Origin: Crocinitomicaceae bacterium | GTDB lineage: Bacteria > Bacteroidota > Bacteroidia > Flavobacteriales_D > Crocinitomicaceae | Length of the DNA stretch: 64,000 bases | NCBI GenBank assembly: GCA_037189645.1 | Contig: JBBCIY010000002.1 | Coordinates: 460,922 to 524,921 of the forward strand | Reading direction: 5' to 3' | In this document: positions 8,728-19,349 of the stretch, piece by piece | Layout: the number at the start of each line of letters is the position of its first letter | Numbering within the stretch: the stretch's first letter is position 1 | Notes under the pieces: model-generated | Told to the model about the DNA's origin: nothing | The model's input: only the letters and a program-made list of their open reading frames with translations | The model's database searches: none | Made by a program: the position numbers and the translations under genes

Positions 8728-10190
8728 TGGAAAAAGTAGTGAGAGATATAATTTACGGCATTTCCCTGAAGCAGGTGATTGGCTCTGCAGAGGTTTCTGT
8801 CCGCTCATTGACGCTTGACTCCCGGAATGCAGGCGAGGGAAGCCTGTTCTTTGCTGTCAGCGGAACCCGTTTCGACGGCCATGATTTCATCCCGCAAGTG
8901 ATCAAGCAGGGCTGTACGGTCATTATTGCAGAAAAAGAAGTTGCCGTTCCGGAAGGAGTAACGCTGATTATTACCCCCAATTCTCACAAGGCGGCAGGAA
9001 TCGTTGCGGGAAATTTTTACGGAGAGCCTTCCAGACAGCTTAAATTAGTGGGAATCACGGGAACGAACGGGAAAACCACCACCACTACGTTATTGTACAA
9101 TTTATTTTCCAGGCTGGGATACAAAACAGGTTTGTTGTCAACGGTGGTGAACAAGATCGGGGAAATGGAGGTTCCGTCCACGCACACCACTCCGGACCCT
9201 GTCGCATTGAATGCGCTGCTGGCAGAGATGGTGGAATCGAACTGTGAATTCTGCTTCATGGAAGTGAGTTCTCATGCCATTCACCAGTACCGCATCGCCG
9301 GGCTGGAATTTGCCGGAGGCGTATTTACCAATATTACACACGATCACCTGGATTATCACAAAACATTCAAAGAATACCTGGATGTCAAAAAACGCTTCTT
9401 TGATGAATTGCCGGCTGCTGCTTTTGCGCTGACAAACATTGATGATAAGAACGGCCGGGTGATGGTGCAGAACACACGTGCGGAGATCGTTACCTATGCA
9501 ATGAAAACACCTGCGGATTACAAAGTAAAGGTGCTGGAAAACCAGTTTTCAGGATTGGTGCTGAACATCAACGGAAAGGAGGTGTGGTCAAGGCTGGTTG
9601 GTGATTTCAATGCGTATAATCTTCTGACGGCTTACGCAGTAAGTATTCTGCTGGGAGAGGACGAAGACGAAGTATTGCGGGTACTGAGCGCTTTGGAGTC
9701 TGTTGAAGGCCGGTTCCAGTATTTCGTATCTGAAAGCGGAGTGGTGGCGATCATCGACTACGCGCATACACCGGACGCGTTGGAAAACGTGTTGAAAACG
9801 ATCGCGAATATCCGTACAAAAAACGAAACACTTTACACCATTGTAGGATGTGGCGGGGACAGGGATAAGGCGAAACGTCCTGAAATGGCACGGATCGCCT
9901 GTGAATGGAGCGACAAAGTGATCCTTACTTCCGATAATCCGCGTTCGGAAGACCCGAACCAGATCATTGAAGAAATGAATGCCGGAGTTCCTGGGTATCA
10001 CTTTAAAAAAACATTGTCAGTAGTGGACAGGAAGCAGGCGATCAAAACAGCGATTTCCATGGCAGAAAAAGGGGACATCATCCTGATTGCGGGGAAAGGG
10101 CACGAAAAATACCAGGAGATCAATGGCGTGAAGCACGACTTTGACGACCGGCAGATAGCGTTTGAATTGTTTGAACAAATGAAAAATTAA
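8724..10190 (+). CDS. murE: UDP-N-acetylmuramoyl-L-alanyl-D-glutamate--2,6-diaminopimelate ligase MurE
   Basis: 488 aa. Mur ligase P-loop GITGTNGKTTTT. DNPR motif (TSDNPRSEDP) indicating meso-DAP specificity. Overlaps the ftsI stop. Confidence 0.95.
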   Translation: MMEKVVRDIIYGISLKQVIGSAEVSVRSLTLDSRNAGEGSLFFAVSGTRFDGHDFIPQVIKQGCTVIIAEKEVAVPEGVTLIITPNSHKAAGIVAGNFYGEPSRQLKLVGITGTNGKTTTTTLLYNLFSRLGYKTGLLSTVVNKIGEMEVPSTHTTPDPVALNALLAEMVESNCEFCFMEVSSHAIHQYRIAGLEFAGGVFTNITHDHLDYHKTFKEYLDVKKRFFDELPAAAFALTNIDDKNGRVMVQNTRAEIVTYAMKTPADYKVKVLENQFSGLVLNINGKEVWSRLVGDFNAYNLLTAYAVSILLGEDEDEVLRVLSALESVEGRFQYFVSESGVVAIIDYAHTPDALENVLKTIANIRTKNETLYTIVGCGGDRDKAKRPEMARIACEWSDKVILTSDNPRSEDPNQIIEEMNAGVPGYHFKKTLSVVDRKQAIKTAISMAEKGDIILIAGKGHEKYQEINGVKHDFDDRQIAFELFEQMKN

Positions 10191-10257
10191 TACTGAATGA
10201 TGAATATTGAATGGGGCATTCTGTATTCAATATTCATCATTCAAAATTAAAAAAGTT

Positions 10258-11502
10258 ATGTTGTACTATTTATTTAATTACTTAGACGAGCTGAACTTCC
10301 CGGGAGCAGGACTGTTCGATTACATTTCTTTCAGAGCTGCGATGGCGTTGATTACATCGCTGATCATTTCCATCATCTTCGGAAAACGCATCATCAATTT
10401 ATTGCGCAAGCAGCAGATCGGTGAAACGGTTCGTGACCTGGGCCTGCAGGGACAGCTTGAAAAGTCAGGAACCCCGACAATGGGCGGGATCATCATTCTG
10501 AGCGCGATCTTTGTCCCGACATTATTGTTCGCAAAGCTCGATAACATCTACGTGATTACGATGCTGATCGCAACGATCTGGCTGGGAACGATCGGTTTTC
10601 TGGACGACTACATCAAAGTATTCAGGAAGAACAAGGAAGGGCTTGCCGGCAGATTCAAGATTGTAGGCCAGGTTGGAGTCGGGTTGATCGTCGGGTGCAT
10701 GTTGTATTTCTCCGATGATGTAAAAGTGCATAAGAAAGTTTCTGCGGATTACGAGATCCAGACCGATGAGCGGGTTGTTACGCACATGCATGCAGACGCA
10801 GGCGACGGTATGATGTGGATAGAAGCGGATCACATGACCACGACCATTCCGTTCATCAAAGGAAATGAATTCAATTACAACTGGCTGCTGGGAGAAAACG
10901 GGAGCACACCTTATGGCTGGCTGATCTTCATCCCGATCGTGATCTTTATTGTGACGGCCGTTTCCAATGGAGCGAACATGACGGATGGACTGGACGGACT
11001 GGCAACGGGAACGTCAGCGATCATCGGTATTGCCCTGGCGGTCCTGGCGTACGTGAGCTCACACGTAAAATTCGCGGACTACCTGAATGTAATGTACATC
11101 CCGCACGCGGAAGAAATGGTAATTTTCATTTCGGCATTTGTCGGAGCATGCGTCGGTTTCCTCTGGTACAATTCTTACCCTGCCCAGGTTTTTATGGGAG
11201 ATACCGGGAGTCTCGCATTGGGAGGGATCATTGCCGTTTTCGCGATCGCTATCCGCAAAGAGTTATTGATTCCGGTATTGTGCGGTGTGTTCCTGATTGA
11301 GAATTTATCTGTGATGATGCAGGTCGGCTATTTCAAATACACCAAAAAGAAATTCGGGGAAGGAAGGCGGATCTTCAGGATGGCTCCACTGCATCACCAT
11401 TACCAGAAACTGGGGATGCATGAAGCCAAGATCGTTGCCCGCTTCTGGATCGTTGCGGTCTTGCTGGCAGTGATCTCCATTGTAACCCTGAAAGTGAGAT
11501 AA
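10258..11502 (+). CDS. mraY: Phospho-N-acetylmuramoyl-pentapeptide transferase MraY
   Basis: Canonical MraY start MLYYLFNYL; the six-frame ORF starts further upstream at 10207. Multiple TMs, DD and HHH(YQ) motifs ([11 protein letters not shown]). Contains the long periplasmic insertion typical of Bacteroidota MraY. Confidence 0.9.
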   Translation: MLYYLFNYLDELNFPGAGLFDYISFRAAMALITSLIISIIFGKRIINLLRKQQIGETVRDLGLQGQLEKSGTPTMGGIIILSAIFVPTLLFAKLDNIYVITMLIATIWLGTIGFLDDYIKVFRKNKEGLAGRFKIVGQVGVGLIVGCMLYFSDDVKVHKKVSADYEIQTDERVVTHMHADAGDGMMWIEADHMTTTIPFIKGNEFNYNWLLGENGSTPYGWLIFIPIVIFIVTAVSNGANMTDGLDGLATGTSAIIGIALAVLAYVSSHVKFADYLNVMYIPHAEEMVIFISAFVGACVGFLWYNSYPAQVFMGDTGSLALGGIIAVFAIAIRKELLIPVLCGVFLIENLSVMMQVGYFKYTKKKFGEGRRIFRMAPLHHHYQKLGMHEAKIVARFWIVAVLLAVISIVTLKVR

Positions 11503-11503
11503 G

Positions 11504-12853
11504 ATGAAGCCGTACGGAACGAAATACATTGTTGTCCTGGGCGCCGGTGAATCCGGTGTGGGAGCAGCCATTCTTGCGAAGAAAGAAGGGTGGGATGTGT
11601 TCGTATCTGATTACGGGACTATCAAGAATTCGTTCCGGCAGGAACTGGATGAAAGAGGGATTGAATGGGAAGAAGGAAAACACACCGAAGAACGTGTTTT
11701 AAATGCTGAGATCGTGGTGAAATCCCCGGGAATACCGGATAAATCACCGATCATAAAAAAACTGAAGGAAAAAAAGATCCCGGTGATCTCCGAAATTGAG
11801 TTTGCAGGGTACTACAATACGGCAAAAACGATTTGTATCACGGGAAGCAACGGCAAAACGACTACAACCATGCTTACTTACCACATCCTGAAAAAAGCAG
11901 GGATCAGGGTAGGGTTGGCCGGAAACGTGGGGCAGAGCTTTGCCAAGCAGGTAGCGGAAGAATCAGTTGACTGGTATGTGATCGAGCTGAGCTCTTTCCA
12001 GCTGGACGGGATGTTTGACTTCAAAGCCGATATCGCGATTTTGACGAACATCACACCGGATCACCTGGACCGCTATGAATACCAGCTGCAAAACTATGTG
12101 GACAGCAAGTTCCGCATTTTGCAGAACATGACTCAGTACGATTGGTTCATTTACAATGCAGATGACAAGATCATCGAAGAGGAGATGGCCCGGCGTACGG
12201 TTGCGGCGCAACTTGCGCCATTCTCACTGAACAGGGAACTGGAGCAGGGAGGATACTTAAAAGACGAACAAATAACAATAACAACTAATAAAGAACAATT
12301 CACTATGTCAATTCATGAATTAGCCTTAAAAGGGAAGCACAACGCACAAAATTCGTTAGCTTCCGGAATCGCATCCCGTTTACTGGAGATCCGAAAAGAA
12401 ACTGTACGCGAAAGTCTTTCCGACTTCGTGAACGTTGAACACCGTTTGGAATTCGTTGCCAAAGTGCACGGAATAGAGTTCATCAACGACTCAAAAGCGA
12501 CAAACGTGAACTCAACCTGGTTTGCTTTGGAAAGCATGGAGAAGCCGACTGTATGGATCGTTGGCGGTGTGGACAAAGGAAACGACTACTCTGAACTAAC
12601 CGGATTGGTGCGGGACCGTGTAAAAGCAATCATCTGCCTGGGGGTGGACAATTCCAAGATCATTGAAGCATTTACGGGAGTGGTGGACACGATCGTTGAA
12701 GCGAGATCGGCAATGGAAGCTGTGGCTTATGGTTACCGCCTGGCAAAAAAGGATGAAACAGTATTGCTCTCACCGGCTTGCGCATCCTTCGACCTGTTTG
12801 AAAACTACGAAGAAAGAGGAAACTTATTCAAAGAAGCGGTAAGAGCGCTTTGA
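11504..12853 (+). CDS. murD: UDP-N-acetylmuramoylalanine--D-glutamate ligase MurD
   Basis: 449 aa. Mur ligase P-loop ITGSNGKTTTT and Rossmann N-domain. Follows mraY with a 1-bp gap. Confidence 0.95.
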   Translation: MKPYGTKYIVVLGAGESGVGAAILAKKEGWDVFVSDYGTIKNSFRQELDERGIEWEEGKHTEERVLNAEIVVKSPGIPDKSPIIKKLKEKKIPVISEIEFAGYYNTAKTICITGSNGKTTTTMLTYHILKKAGIRVGLAGNVGQSFAKQVAEESVDWYVIELSSFQLDGMFDFKADIAILTNITPDHLDRYEYQLQNYVDSKFRILQNMTQYDWFIYNADDKIIEEEMARRTVAAQLAPFSLNRELEQGGYLKDEQITITTNKEQFTMSIHELALKGKHNAQNSLASGIASRLLEIRKETVRESLSDFVNVEHRLEFVAKVHGIEFINDSKATNVNSTWFALESMEKPTVWIVGGVDKGNDYSELTGLVRDRVKAIICLGVDNSKIIEAFTGVVDTIVEARSAMEAVAYGYRLAKKDETVLLSPACASFDLFENYEERGNLFKEAVRAL

Positions 12854-12971
12854 CCAGCTACTTTCTGAATTGATACAGTTTTTTAGATAAATGCATGTGT
12901 GGAACATTCATTCCACGCGGATTGTTTCGGCCGTTTCTGTTGCGCTGCTGCATCTTGCAGGAACGGCTGTT

Positions 12972-12989
12972 CCTCTCCTTGAGGAGAGG
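12972..12989. repeat. Palindromic intergenic element, copy B (CCTCTCC-TTGA-GGAGAGG)
   Basis: Perfect 7-bp stem with loop TTGA, followed by CCGGGAG. Shares the core CTCCTTGAGGAG with copy A at 5757-5774. No flanking T-run. Confidence 0.5.
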
Positions 12990-13028
12990 CCGGGAGAAAA
13001 AACATAGCCCGATAAAATGTTTGTCAGA

Positions 13029-13060
13029 TAAAAAAATCCTCCGTCGTTCAACAGAGGATC
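13029..13060 (-). terminator. Rho-independent terminator of the YoaK-like gene
   Basis: On the minus strand GATCCTC-N12-GAGGAT is followed by TTTTTTT (plus-strand A-run 13030-13036), 46 bp past the stop of the 13107-13892 gene. Confidence 0.5.
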
Positions 13061-13106
13061 ACTTATCATTAACACATGTTTAGTTAAAAAGAATGAAAGG
13101 CTGGTT

Positions 13107-13892
13107 TTAGTTATGCTCTGCCAGCTGCGGCTCTTTCCGCGCCATTCGCTTCAGTTCCCGTTCCTGCCGGTGCCTTTTCAAAATGAATTTGAAGTAACGG
13201 ATCTTTGAGAAATCATACAGCAGCACGATAACAAGAACAAAGCAGACAATGTAAAAGATCTTGAATTTTATGATGTTGAAGTAATAGCTTGCTACGATTG
13301 CTCCGACAACATATGATATGAAGATCGAAAAGATCAGTTTCGCCTTGTCTTTGATCACCTGGTTGTTTCGGAAACGTTTTTTGGTGAACATCGAAAAGAA
13401 GATCCCCAGGTCAGTGGTTGCACCTGTAAGGTGTGTTGTCTTTACCGAGAAATTCGAGATGCTTGCAGTGAGCCCGTTCTGGAGTCCCATCGCAAAGAGC
13501 ATGACGGACACCAGGACTTCTGTTTCCCGGAGTGTTTCCTGGTAAAAGAAATCGCCGTAGATCCCGATGAACATCAGGCACAGGATTTCCAGGACGATGG
13601 GCAGTGAATGTGCCAGGTACGTGTTTCTGTTATTGAGAGAAATCACGATCAGGTTGGAAACGAATCCGCCGAAGAAAAACAGGAAGATCCACGACAGAAC
13701 GATCAGTACCTGGTATATGTTCCCTTTTACGATCTCGGAAGCCAGGATGGCATAATATCCCGTCACATTCGAAGTGAATGAGAAAAAGATGATAAGTGAG
13801 GAGACATTTACCATTCCCGCTACGAACGCCGTGAGGATTCCCAGCTTGAGGTTGTCGTTCAAAGATCTGTGTTGACTATATTTTCTAAGCAT
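13107..13892 (-). CDS. YoaK/DUF1275-family inner-membrane protein
   Basis: 261 aa, polytopic. DUF1275 hallmarks (TGNxxxxA, HLTGATTDLG). First gene of the insert that splits the dcw cluster. Confidence 0.7.
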   Translation of the reverse strand: MLRKYSQHRSLNDNLKLGILTAFVAGMVNVSSLIIFFSFTSNVTGYYAILASEIVKGNIYQVLIVLSWIFLFFFGGFVSNLIVISLNNRNTYLAHSLPIVLEILCLMFIGIYGDFFYQETLRETEVLVSVMLFAMGLQNGLTASISNFSVKTTHLTGATTDLGIFFSMFTKKRFRNNQVIKDKAKLIFSIFISYVVGAIVASYYFNIIKFKIFYIVCFVLVIVLLYDFSKIRYFKFILKRHRQERELKRMARKEPQLAEHN

Positions 13893-13926
13893 TTTGAATG
13901 ATTAATATAAATGAGCAAAGTGATTG

Positions 13927-14397
13927 TTAATGATTGCATCTTTTGAAGGTCATGCTCGCCAGCCCCTTTACCTGGATGTCCAGCTCAAAGCTCAGGGACA
14001 GGGAGTCTTTGCTGATGTGTGTAATTTTGTAATGTTCCAATGGTCTGTTATTCTCATCTTTTATCACCAGCATATCGCCTTTTCCTTTCAATCGCCAGTG
14101 CAAGACCTGAGGCTCTTTATTCGCGGAAGAGATGTGCAATTTCCCGCTCGGGAGAAAAGACCACGTTTCATGTTCATGCAATACCAATCCTTTTCCGAGG
14201 TATCCTTTCAGTGTGCTGGAAAGTGAATCCTTGCAGACGTTTTTCTTTTGTTCGGGTGAAGCTGCCCGCTCATACTTCCACGAAGATTCATTCCAGTCTC
14301 CTGTGATCAGATCCTCAGGACTGTTCATATTGATCCTCATAAATGAGTACCCGATAATGCAGATTGTCAGGAAAATGAAAATATAACTCAATCTCAT
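13927..14397 (-). CDS. Hypothetical exported/lipoprotein-like protein
   Basis: 156 aa with an N-terminal hydrophobic signal (MRLSYIFIFLTICIIGYS). No family recognised. Confidence 0.45.
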   Translation of the reverse strand: MRLSYIFIFLTICIIGYSFMRINMNSPEDLITGDWNESSWKYERAASPEQKKNVCKDSLSSTLKGYLGKGLVLHEHETWSFLPSGKLHISSANKEPQVLHWRLKGKGDMLVIKDENNRPLEHYKITHISKDSLSLSFELDIQVKGLASMTFKRCNH

Positions 14398-14400
14398 GAT

Positions 14401-14898
14401 TTACGATAGTTTAACTGTATTCAGGAACAATTCCGAAAAACTTTCCGTATTTTCTTCCTGCTTTTCGGTGAACTGGACGAGTGAAACGTTTTCGCAGCAC
14501 TTGTGGATGTAAGGTGCCAGGTCGAAGCTGCGTTTTGTGGCTTTCCTGTTGTTCAATCCCACCGGGATGTACACATTGTCAATCCGGTTGCTGGAAATAT
14601 AGGATTTAAAAGCCCTCTTGTTCAATCCATGGAACAGGTCGATCTTTACCTGGCTGAGCTGTGAAGCGTACTTGTTTTTTAATAAGTCACAACCTTCATA
14701 GAACGAGGGGGGAACGATCTGGTTCAGGATGTCTTTCTTGGAGTGAAAGAGCAGGTCGGAAATGCTGTCGGTCAGGTAATAACCGTGCAGCAGTGTGATT
14801 GTTGCGGTTTCTCCGTCTTTCAGATCGTGGACCACTTTTTTGATGATGTTCAGTGAATCCATTTGAAAATCCGTAGGTATTAAAACATTTTTATGCAT
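14401..14898 (-). CDS. Universal stress protein (UspA)-like protein
   Basis: 165 aa. N-terminus MHKNVLIPTDFQMDSLNIIKKVV matches the USP start pattern (MKKILVPTDFS...). Size and alpha/beta profile are consistent, but the ATP-binding motif is degenerate. Confidence 0.4.
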   Translation of the reverse strand: MHKNVLIPTDFQMDSLNIIKKVVHDLKDGETATITLLHGYYLTDSISDLLFHSKKDILNQIVPPSFYEGCDLLKNKYASQLSQVKIDLFHGLNKRAFKSYISSNRIDNVYIPVGLNNRKATKRSFDLAPYIHKCCENVSLVQFTEKQEENTESFSELFLNTVKLS

Positions 14899-15008
14899 CG
14901 CGTATAAGTTTATTTTGTTTACGATGCAAAAATGAATCAGCCAGATTAGAGAGAAATAAGAACGGGATTAGAATTCACTTAAAATTACATTAGAATGAGA
15001 TTAGAAAA

Positions 15009-16361
15009 TCAGTGCTGAGGACAAATCGGAAGATTGATTCTTACGATGGTTCCCTGGTTTACAGCAGATTGAACGAAGATCTCGCCTTTGTGCAGGTCGA
15101 TGATGTTCCTGGTGAGCGGCAGCCCGATTCCGAAACCTTCGTATGTTTTTGTATTGGACGCCCGGAAGAACGGATCGTAGATGAATTTCAGCTCTTCTGT
15201 CGGGATCCCGATGCCCGAATCGTTGATAAGGATATAAACCGCCTTGTCGGAAGCTCCGATTGATACGATGACTTCCTGGTAATTGGAGTATTTGCTGGCG
15301 TTGGTGATGATGTTGGAAAGTGCCAGCTGCAACAACTGATAGTTTCCTTTTACTTTCAGCTTTTTCGGGTTTTCGGGCAATAAAGAGACATTGATGGTAA
15401 TCGAATGGCGCTTGTCCAGCTTTTCAACCAGTTCTTTCGTGTCCCACACCAACTGGTCTATCCTGAGAACATCCTCTTTCTGAACCGTTCCGTTAAATCC
15501 CGTCTGGGCCAGGGCCAGCAAAGCCCGGGTTTTCCCGTCGAGGTTTTCCGCCTCTTCCAGGATAACAGCGATCGTTTCCTTGTATTCTTCCGTGGTCCGT
15601 TCTTTTGCCAGCGCGAGGTCTGCTTCACCGATAATGGTCGTGAGCGGGGTTCTCAGCTCGTGAGAAGCATTGCTCACAAAATTGTTCTGGATCTCAAAGG
15701 CCGTTTCGATCCGGTTCAGCATCTGGTTGAATGTGTCGGCCAGCTCGTTGACTTCATCATTGACAATTTTGGTCGGAAGCCGCAAATGAAGGTTTTCGGA
15801 GCTGATCTGCTTAACCCGTTCCGTAATCTTTACGATAGGGCTGAAAAGATACCTGGATAAAACGAATGAAAAGAACAATGCCAGGAGCAGCGAGATGATG
15901 AATGTATAGATCAGCAGCTGAAACAGGAAAAGATTCAGGTTTCCTTCCAGGTAATTTTCCGCACCGGCAACGATAACATAGTTCTGGGCATCTTTCTGGG
16001 ACTTATGCAGGATTCCGATGTATTTGATCCCGTTTTTTGAAAAATAAGCGGTCTTGTTCTTGATTATTTCGTTTAAAAACCGGGTATCTACCCCGATGGA
16101 ATCCGCCACCGTTTTTAAGTTCTGATCGACGGGAAAATAAAAGTCCTGCTCGTGGAACAGCTTGTCGGATGCCTCTGTTCCGATCGATTCCTGCTGGTCT
16201 ATTGTCCAGCTGGCAATGGATTTTGCCCTTAATTCCAGCAAGGTGTTAAAATCTTTCTCCAGCTGGCGGGAAACGGAAAAATACACGATCATTGAAATCA
16301 GCAGGATCAGTAAAACAAAGACACTCATTAACAGCAGGATGGTTTTACTTTTATTCTTCAT
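15009..16361 (-). CDS. Two-component sensor histidine kinase
   Basis: 450 aa. Two TMs flanking a periplasmic domain. H-box NASHELRTPLTTI. HATPase_c N/G1/G2 boxes (LSNIITNASKYS, DSGIGIP, GFGIGLPL). Confidence 0.85.
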   Translation of the reverse strand: MKNKSKTILLLMSVFVLLILLISMIVYFSVSRQLEKDFNTLLELRAKSIASWTIDQQESIGTEASDKLFHEQDFYFPVDQNLKTVADSIGVDTRFLNEIIKNKTAYFSKNGIKYIGILHKSQKDAQNYVIVAGAENYLEGNLNLFLFQLLIYTFIISLLLALFFSFVLSRYLFSPIVKITERVKQISSENLHLRLPTKIVNDEVNELADTFNQMLNRIETAFEIQNNFVSNASHELRTPLTTIIGEADLALAKERTTEEYKETIAVILEEAENLDGKTRALLALAQTGFNGTVQKEDVLRIDQLVWDTKELVEKLDKRHSITINVSLLPENPKKLKVKGNYQLLQLALSNIITNASKYSNYQEVIVSIGASDKAVYILINDSGIGIPTEELKFIYDPFFRASNTKTYEGFGIGLPLTRNIIDLHKGEIFVQSAVNQGTIVRINLPICPQH

Positions 16362-16364
16362 GTC

Positions 16365-17063
16365 TTATTTCTCCTTCATAATATACCCCATTCCGATCAC
16401 GGTATGAATCAGCTTAGGCTCAAAATTCTGATCGATCTTTTTTCTCAGGTAGTTCACATAGACATCTACCACGTTTGTCCCGAGGTTGAAATTCAGTCCC
16501 CACACATTTTCCAGGATATCCATCCGGGATAAAACAATGTTTTTATTTTCCAGGAAATACATCAGCAAGCGGTATTCCGTACTGGTAAGATTGATCTCCG
16601 TATCGTCCCGCATGACTTTCTTGGCATTGTCATCCACAGTAAGGTTCAGGAACTGGTGCGTATGCGAGTTGGTGGTTGCCGGCTGCTCTCCGCTGAACAG
16701 TTCCGTTCTGCGCAAAAGTGTTTTTATCCTCGCCAGGAACTCAATGAACTTAAAGGGTTTGACAATATAGTCATCCGCGCCGGTGTTCAATCCCAGTACG
16801 ATGTTTTCCGAAGTCCCCAATGCGGTCAGGAACAGAACGGGGATGGTTGTATTCACTTCCCGGATCAGCTTGCACAGTTCGATTCCGTTCTTCCCCGGGA
16901 GCATGATGTCCAGGATGATCAGGTCGAACTGGTTCTGCCTGAACATGTCCCAGCCAATATCGCCGTCAAAGGCGACAGAAACATCATATCCTTCTTCTGC
17001 CAGGCCTTTTTTGATAAAAGACGCAACATGTGCTTCATCTTCTACTAGCAATATTTTTTTCAT
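16365..17063 (-). CDS. OmpR/PhoB-family response regulator
   Basis: 232 aa. Receiver domain (LLVEDEAHV...DLIILDIMLPGKNG). C-terminal winged-helix Trans_reg_C (LTSTEYRLLMYFLENKNIVLSRMDILENVWG). 3-bp gap to the kinase gene, consistent with an operon. Confidence 0.85.
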   Translation of the reverse strand: MKKILLVEDEAHVASFIKKGLAEEGYDVSVAFDGDIGWDMFRQNQFDLIILDIMLPGKNGIELCKLIREVNTTIPVLFLTALGTSENIVLGLNTGADDYIVKPFKFIEFLARIKTLLRRTELFSGEQPATTNSHTHQFLNLTVDDNAKKVMRDDTEINLTSTEYRLLMYFLENKNIVLSRMDILENVWGLNFNLGTNVVDVYVNYLRKKIDQNFEPKLIHTVIGMGYIMKEK

Positions 17064-17327
17064 CGAACGCTATACATGGATATCTGCAAAAATAGGAAAA
17101 ATGAAATAAAGTAGCGAAACACCTTTCAGATGAACGATACAGCCCCGGCCATTTTTACATACCCGGTTTCCAGTCAGTGTTTTAATTTCTTGTTAAGCGA
17201 TTTAATTTGCTTATAATCAATTGTTTGATTTGGTTCTGGTTAATGGGTCTTTAAATCTATTTTAAGAATGCAGTTAACATACAGTTTGGAATTACAAACC
17301 ATCTACATTTGTGTCGTTCAATAAAGT

Positions 17328-19172
17328 TTGAATCGTAATAATCAATTGTATATGAGTAGAATGCAATTAGTTCAGACCAGGGATATCTACCGGGCTGCCA
17401 GGCTGAACAAGCTGGGGTTGCTGGGGATGCCGGTCGCGTGGAGTGTAAAGAACATAAGCGGATTGGCGAAGGCAAATAAAATCTATGCCCGGGGGTTTGA
17501 GAAGAATACGACTGAGTTCCTGCAATTTGTCATTGACGATCTGAATATCGATTTTGAGCTGTACGAAGAGGATCTGAAGCGGATTCCCAAAGAAGGCCCG
17601 TTTGTCATTGTATCCAATCACCCGCTTGGCGCACTGGATGGCATCCTGATGATGCATGTTATCTCAAAGATCCGCCCGGATTTTAAAATAATGGGAAACT
17701 TCTTACTACATAAGATCAAACCGCTCGAACCGATGGTAATCGCTGTGAACCCGTTTGAGACAAGAAAAGAAAAGTTCAGCAGCAGCAAAGGGATCCGGGA
17801 AGCGATCGCGCACATCAAAGATGGCGGTTGTCTTGGAATGTTTCCCGCGGGTGAGGTTTCCGGGAAAGACAAAGATGGTGTGATCAACGACCGGGAATGG
17901 CAGAAGTCGGCCATAAAGCTGGTGCGAAAGCTCAATGTTCCGGTAGTTCCGATGTATTTTCATTCAAGAAACAGCGAATTTTTCTACAGGATGGCAAAAT
18001 TGCATCCGAACCTGCAGACAGCATTGCTGCCAAAAGAAGCTGTCCGTACACGTATGAAACCGGTCTGCATCCGCATCGGGAAGCCTGTTTCATGCAAACA
18101 GCAGGAGGAATTTGAAGATGTACAATCGTTGTCGGCTTTCCTGAGGAAGAAAACCTATTCACTTTCCAACTATTATTCCGGGAAGAAAAAACGGCTGATG
18201 AAGAAGCTCAACATTCCGAAACAGATCCACATCAACAGCAGGTCCCGGAAACCGAAACCGGTCGTTGAGGAGACACCTCATAATTTATTAATTGCCGAAT
18301 TGAATGAACTGCGTTCAAGGGACAAAAAACGGATGTTTGTCAGTAATAATTTTGAGTGCTATTTCGCCAAAGCGAAGGAAATTCCTGGCATCCTGAGGGA
18401 AATAGGGCGTTTGCGGGAGCTGACCTACCGTGAGGTGGGAGAAGGTACGAACCGGGAGATTGACCTCGACCGTTACGACGTGCATTACAACCATTTGTTC
18501 CTGTGGGACACTGATACCGAACGAATTGTAGGCGCTTACCGGATGGCACTGGGCAAAAAAGTATACGAACGATACGGAACAGAAGGATTTTACATGAACG
18601 AGCTGTTTCATTTTGAACCCGAATTCAGGCCGTTCTTTTCTCAATGCATTGAAATGGGGCGTGCGTTTGTCGTTTCCGACTACCAGCAGAAACCCATGCC
18701 TTTGTTTTTATTGTGGCGGGGAGTTGTCCATGTTACATTGCGGAATCCTTCGCATAAATACATTATCGGGAGTGTAAGCATCAGTAACCGGTTTTCCGAT
18801 TTTTCAAAGTCGCTGATGGTGGAATTTATGAAATCGCACTACTACGATCCATACGTGGCACAGTTCGTCCGGGCGAAGAACGAATTCAAGATCCGGCTCA
18901 GGGATGAAGACAAGGATTTCTTTCTTGGAGACAATGATGCGGACCTGAACAAATTTGACAAGCTGATCGACGAGCTGGAACCTGCTTTGCGGCTGCCGGT
19001 ACTTGCAAAAAAATACATCAAGCAGAATGCCCGGGTGATAGGCTTCAACGTCGATCCGAAATTCAACGATGCCGTCGATGGACTGATGTATATCCGGATC
19101 AGCAACCTGCCCGAAAGTACTGTCAAACCTGTATTTGACGAACTACAGGCCGAGATCTGCCGCCAGTTGTGA
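17328..19172 (+). CDS. olsF: OlsF-like bifunctional lipoamino-acid (ornithine/glycine lipid) acyltransferase
   Basis: 614 aa. N-terminal PlsC-type O-acyltransferase (VSNHPLGALDG H-x5-D variant; FPAGEVS). C-terminal hemolysin/OlsB-like N-acyltransferase (Acetyltransf_5-like: LRELTYREVGEGTNREIDLDRYD...FYMNELF). Same domain order as OlsF described in Serratia and Flavobacterium. Confidence 0.7.
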   Translation: MNRNNQLYMSRMQLVQTRDIYRAARLNKLGLLGMPVAWSVKNISGLAKANKIYARGFEKNTTEFLQFVIDDLNIDFELYEEDLKRIPKEGPFVIVSNHPLGALDGILMMHVISKIRPDFKIMGNFLLHKIKPLEPMVIAVNPFETRKEKFSSSKGIREAIAHIKDGGCLGMFPAGEVSGKDKDGVINDREWQKSAIKLVRKLNVPVVPMYFHSRNSEFFYRMAKLHPNLQTALLPKEAVRTRMKPVCIRIGKPVSCKQQEEFEDVQSLSAFLRKKTYSLSNYYSGKKKRLMKKLNIPKQIHINSRSRKPKPVVEETPHNLLIAELNELRSRDKKRMFVSNNFECYFAKAKEIPGILREIGRLRELTYREVGEGTNREIDLDRYDVHYNHLFLWDTDTERIVGAYRMALGKKVYERYGTEGFYMNELFHFEPEFRPFFSQCIEMGRAFVVSDYQQKPMPLFLLWRGVVHVTLRNPSHKYIIGSVSISNRFSDFSKSLMVEFMKSHYYDPYVAQFVRAKNEFKIRLRDEDKDFFLGDNDADLNKFDKLIDELEPALRLPVLAKKYIKQNARVIGFNVDPKFNDAVDGLMYIRISNLPESTVKPVFDELQAEICRQL

Positions 19173-19349
19173 TCCGGAGGAGCGAAGCGACTTTTTAGCA
19201 GGAAGACAGGGAAAAAATACATTCGTTCAGCCCTCCGGGTACGGATCATGCATTTCGGCTGTAAGGAGCCTCAACCGGTTATTATCACTGCATTGTTCAT
19301 AACCAAATTTCATTGCTTTCCATCAAAAAACCTAAAACCTTAATTTTGT

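Noticed and set aside
10207-10257. Upstream extension of mraY ([17 protein letters not shown]...)
   Set aside because: The conserved MraY N-terminus begins at MLYYLFNYL (10258). The extension overlaps an A/T palindrome-like spacer and is not conserved in MraY proteins.
19168-19245. Long-range inverted repeat GATCCGGAGG...CCTCCGGGTACGGATC after the OlsF-like gene
   Set aside because: Imperfect, with a 45-nt loop and no U-tract. Could be a weak terminator but the evidence is insufficient to call.
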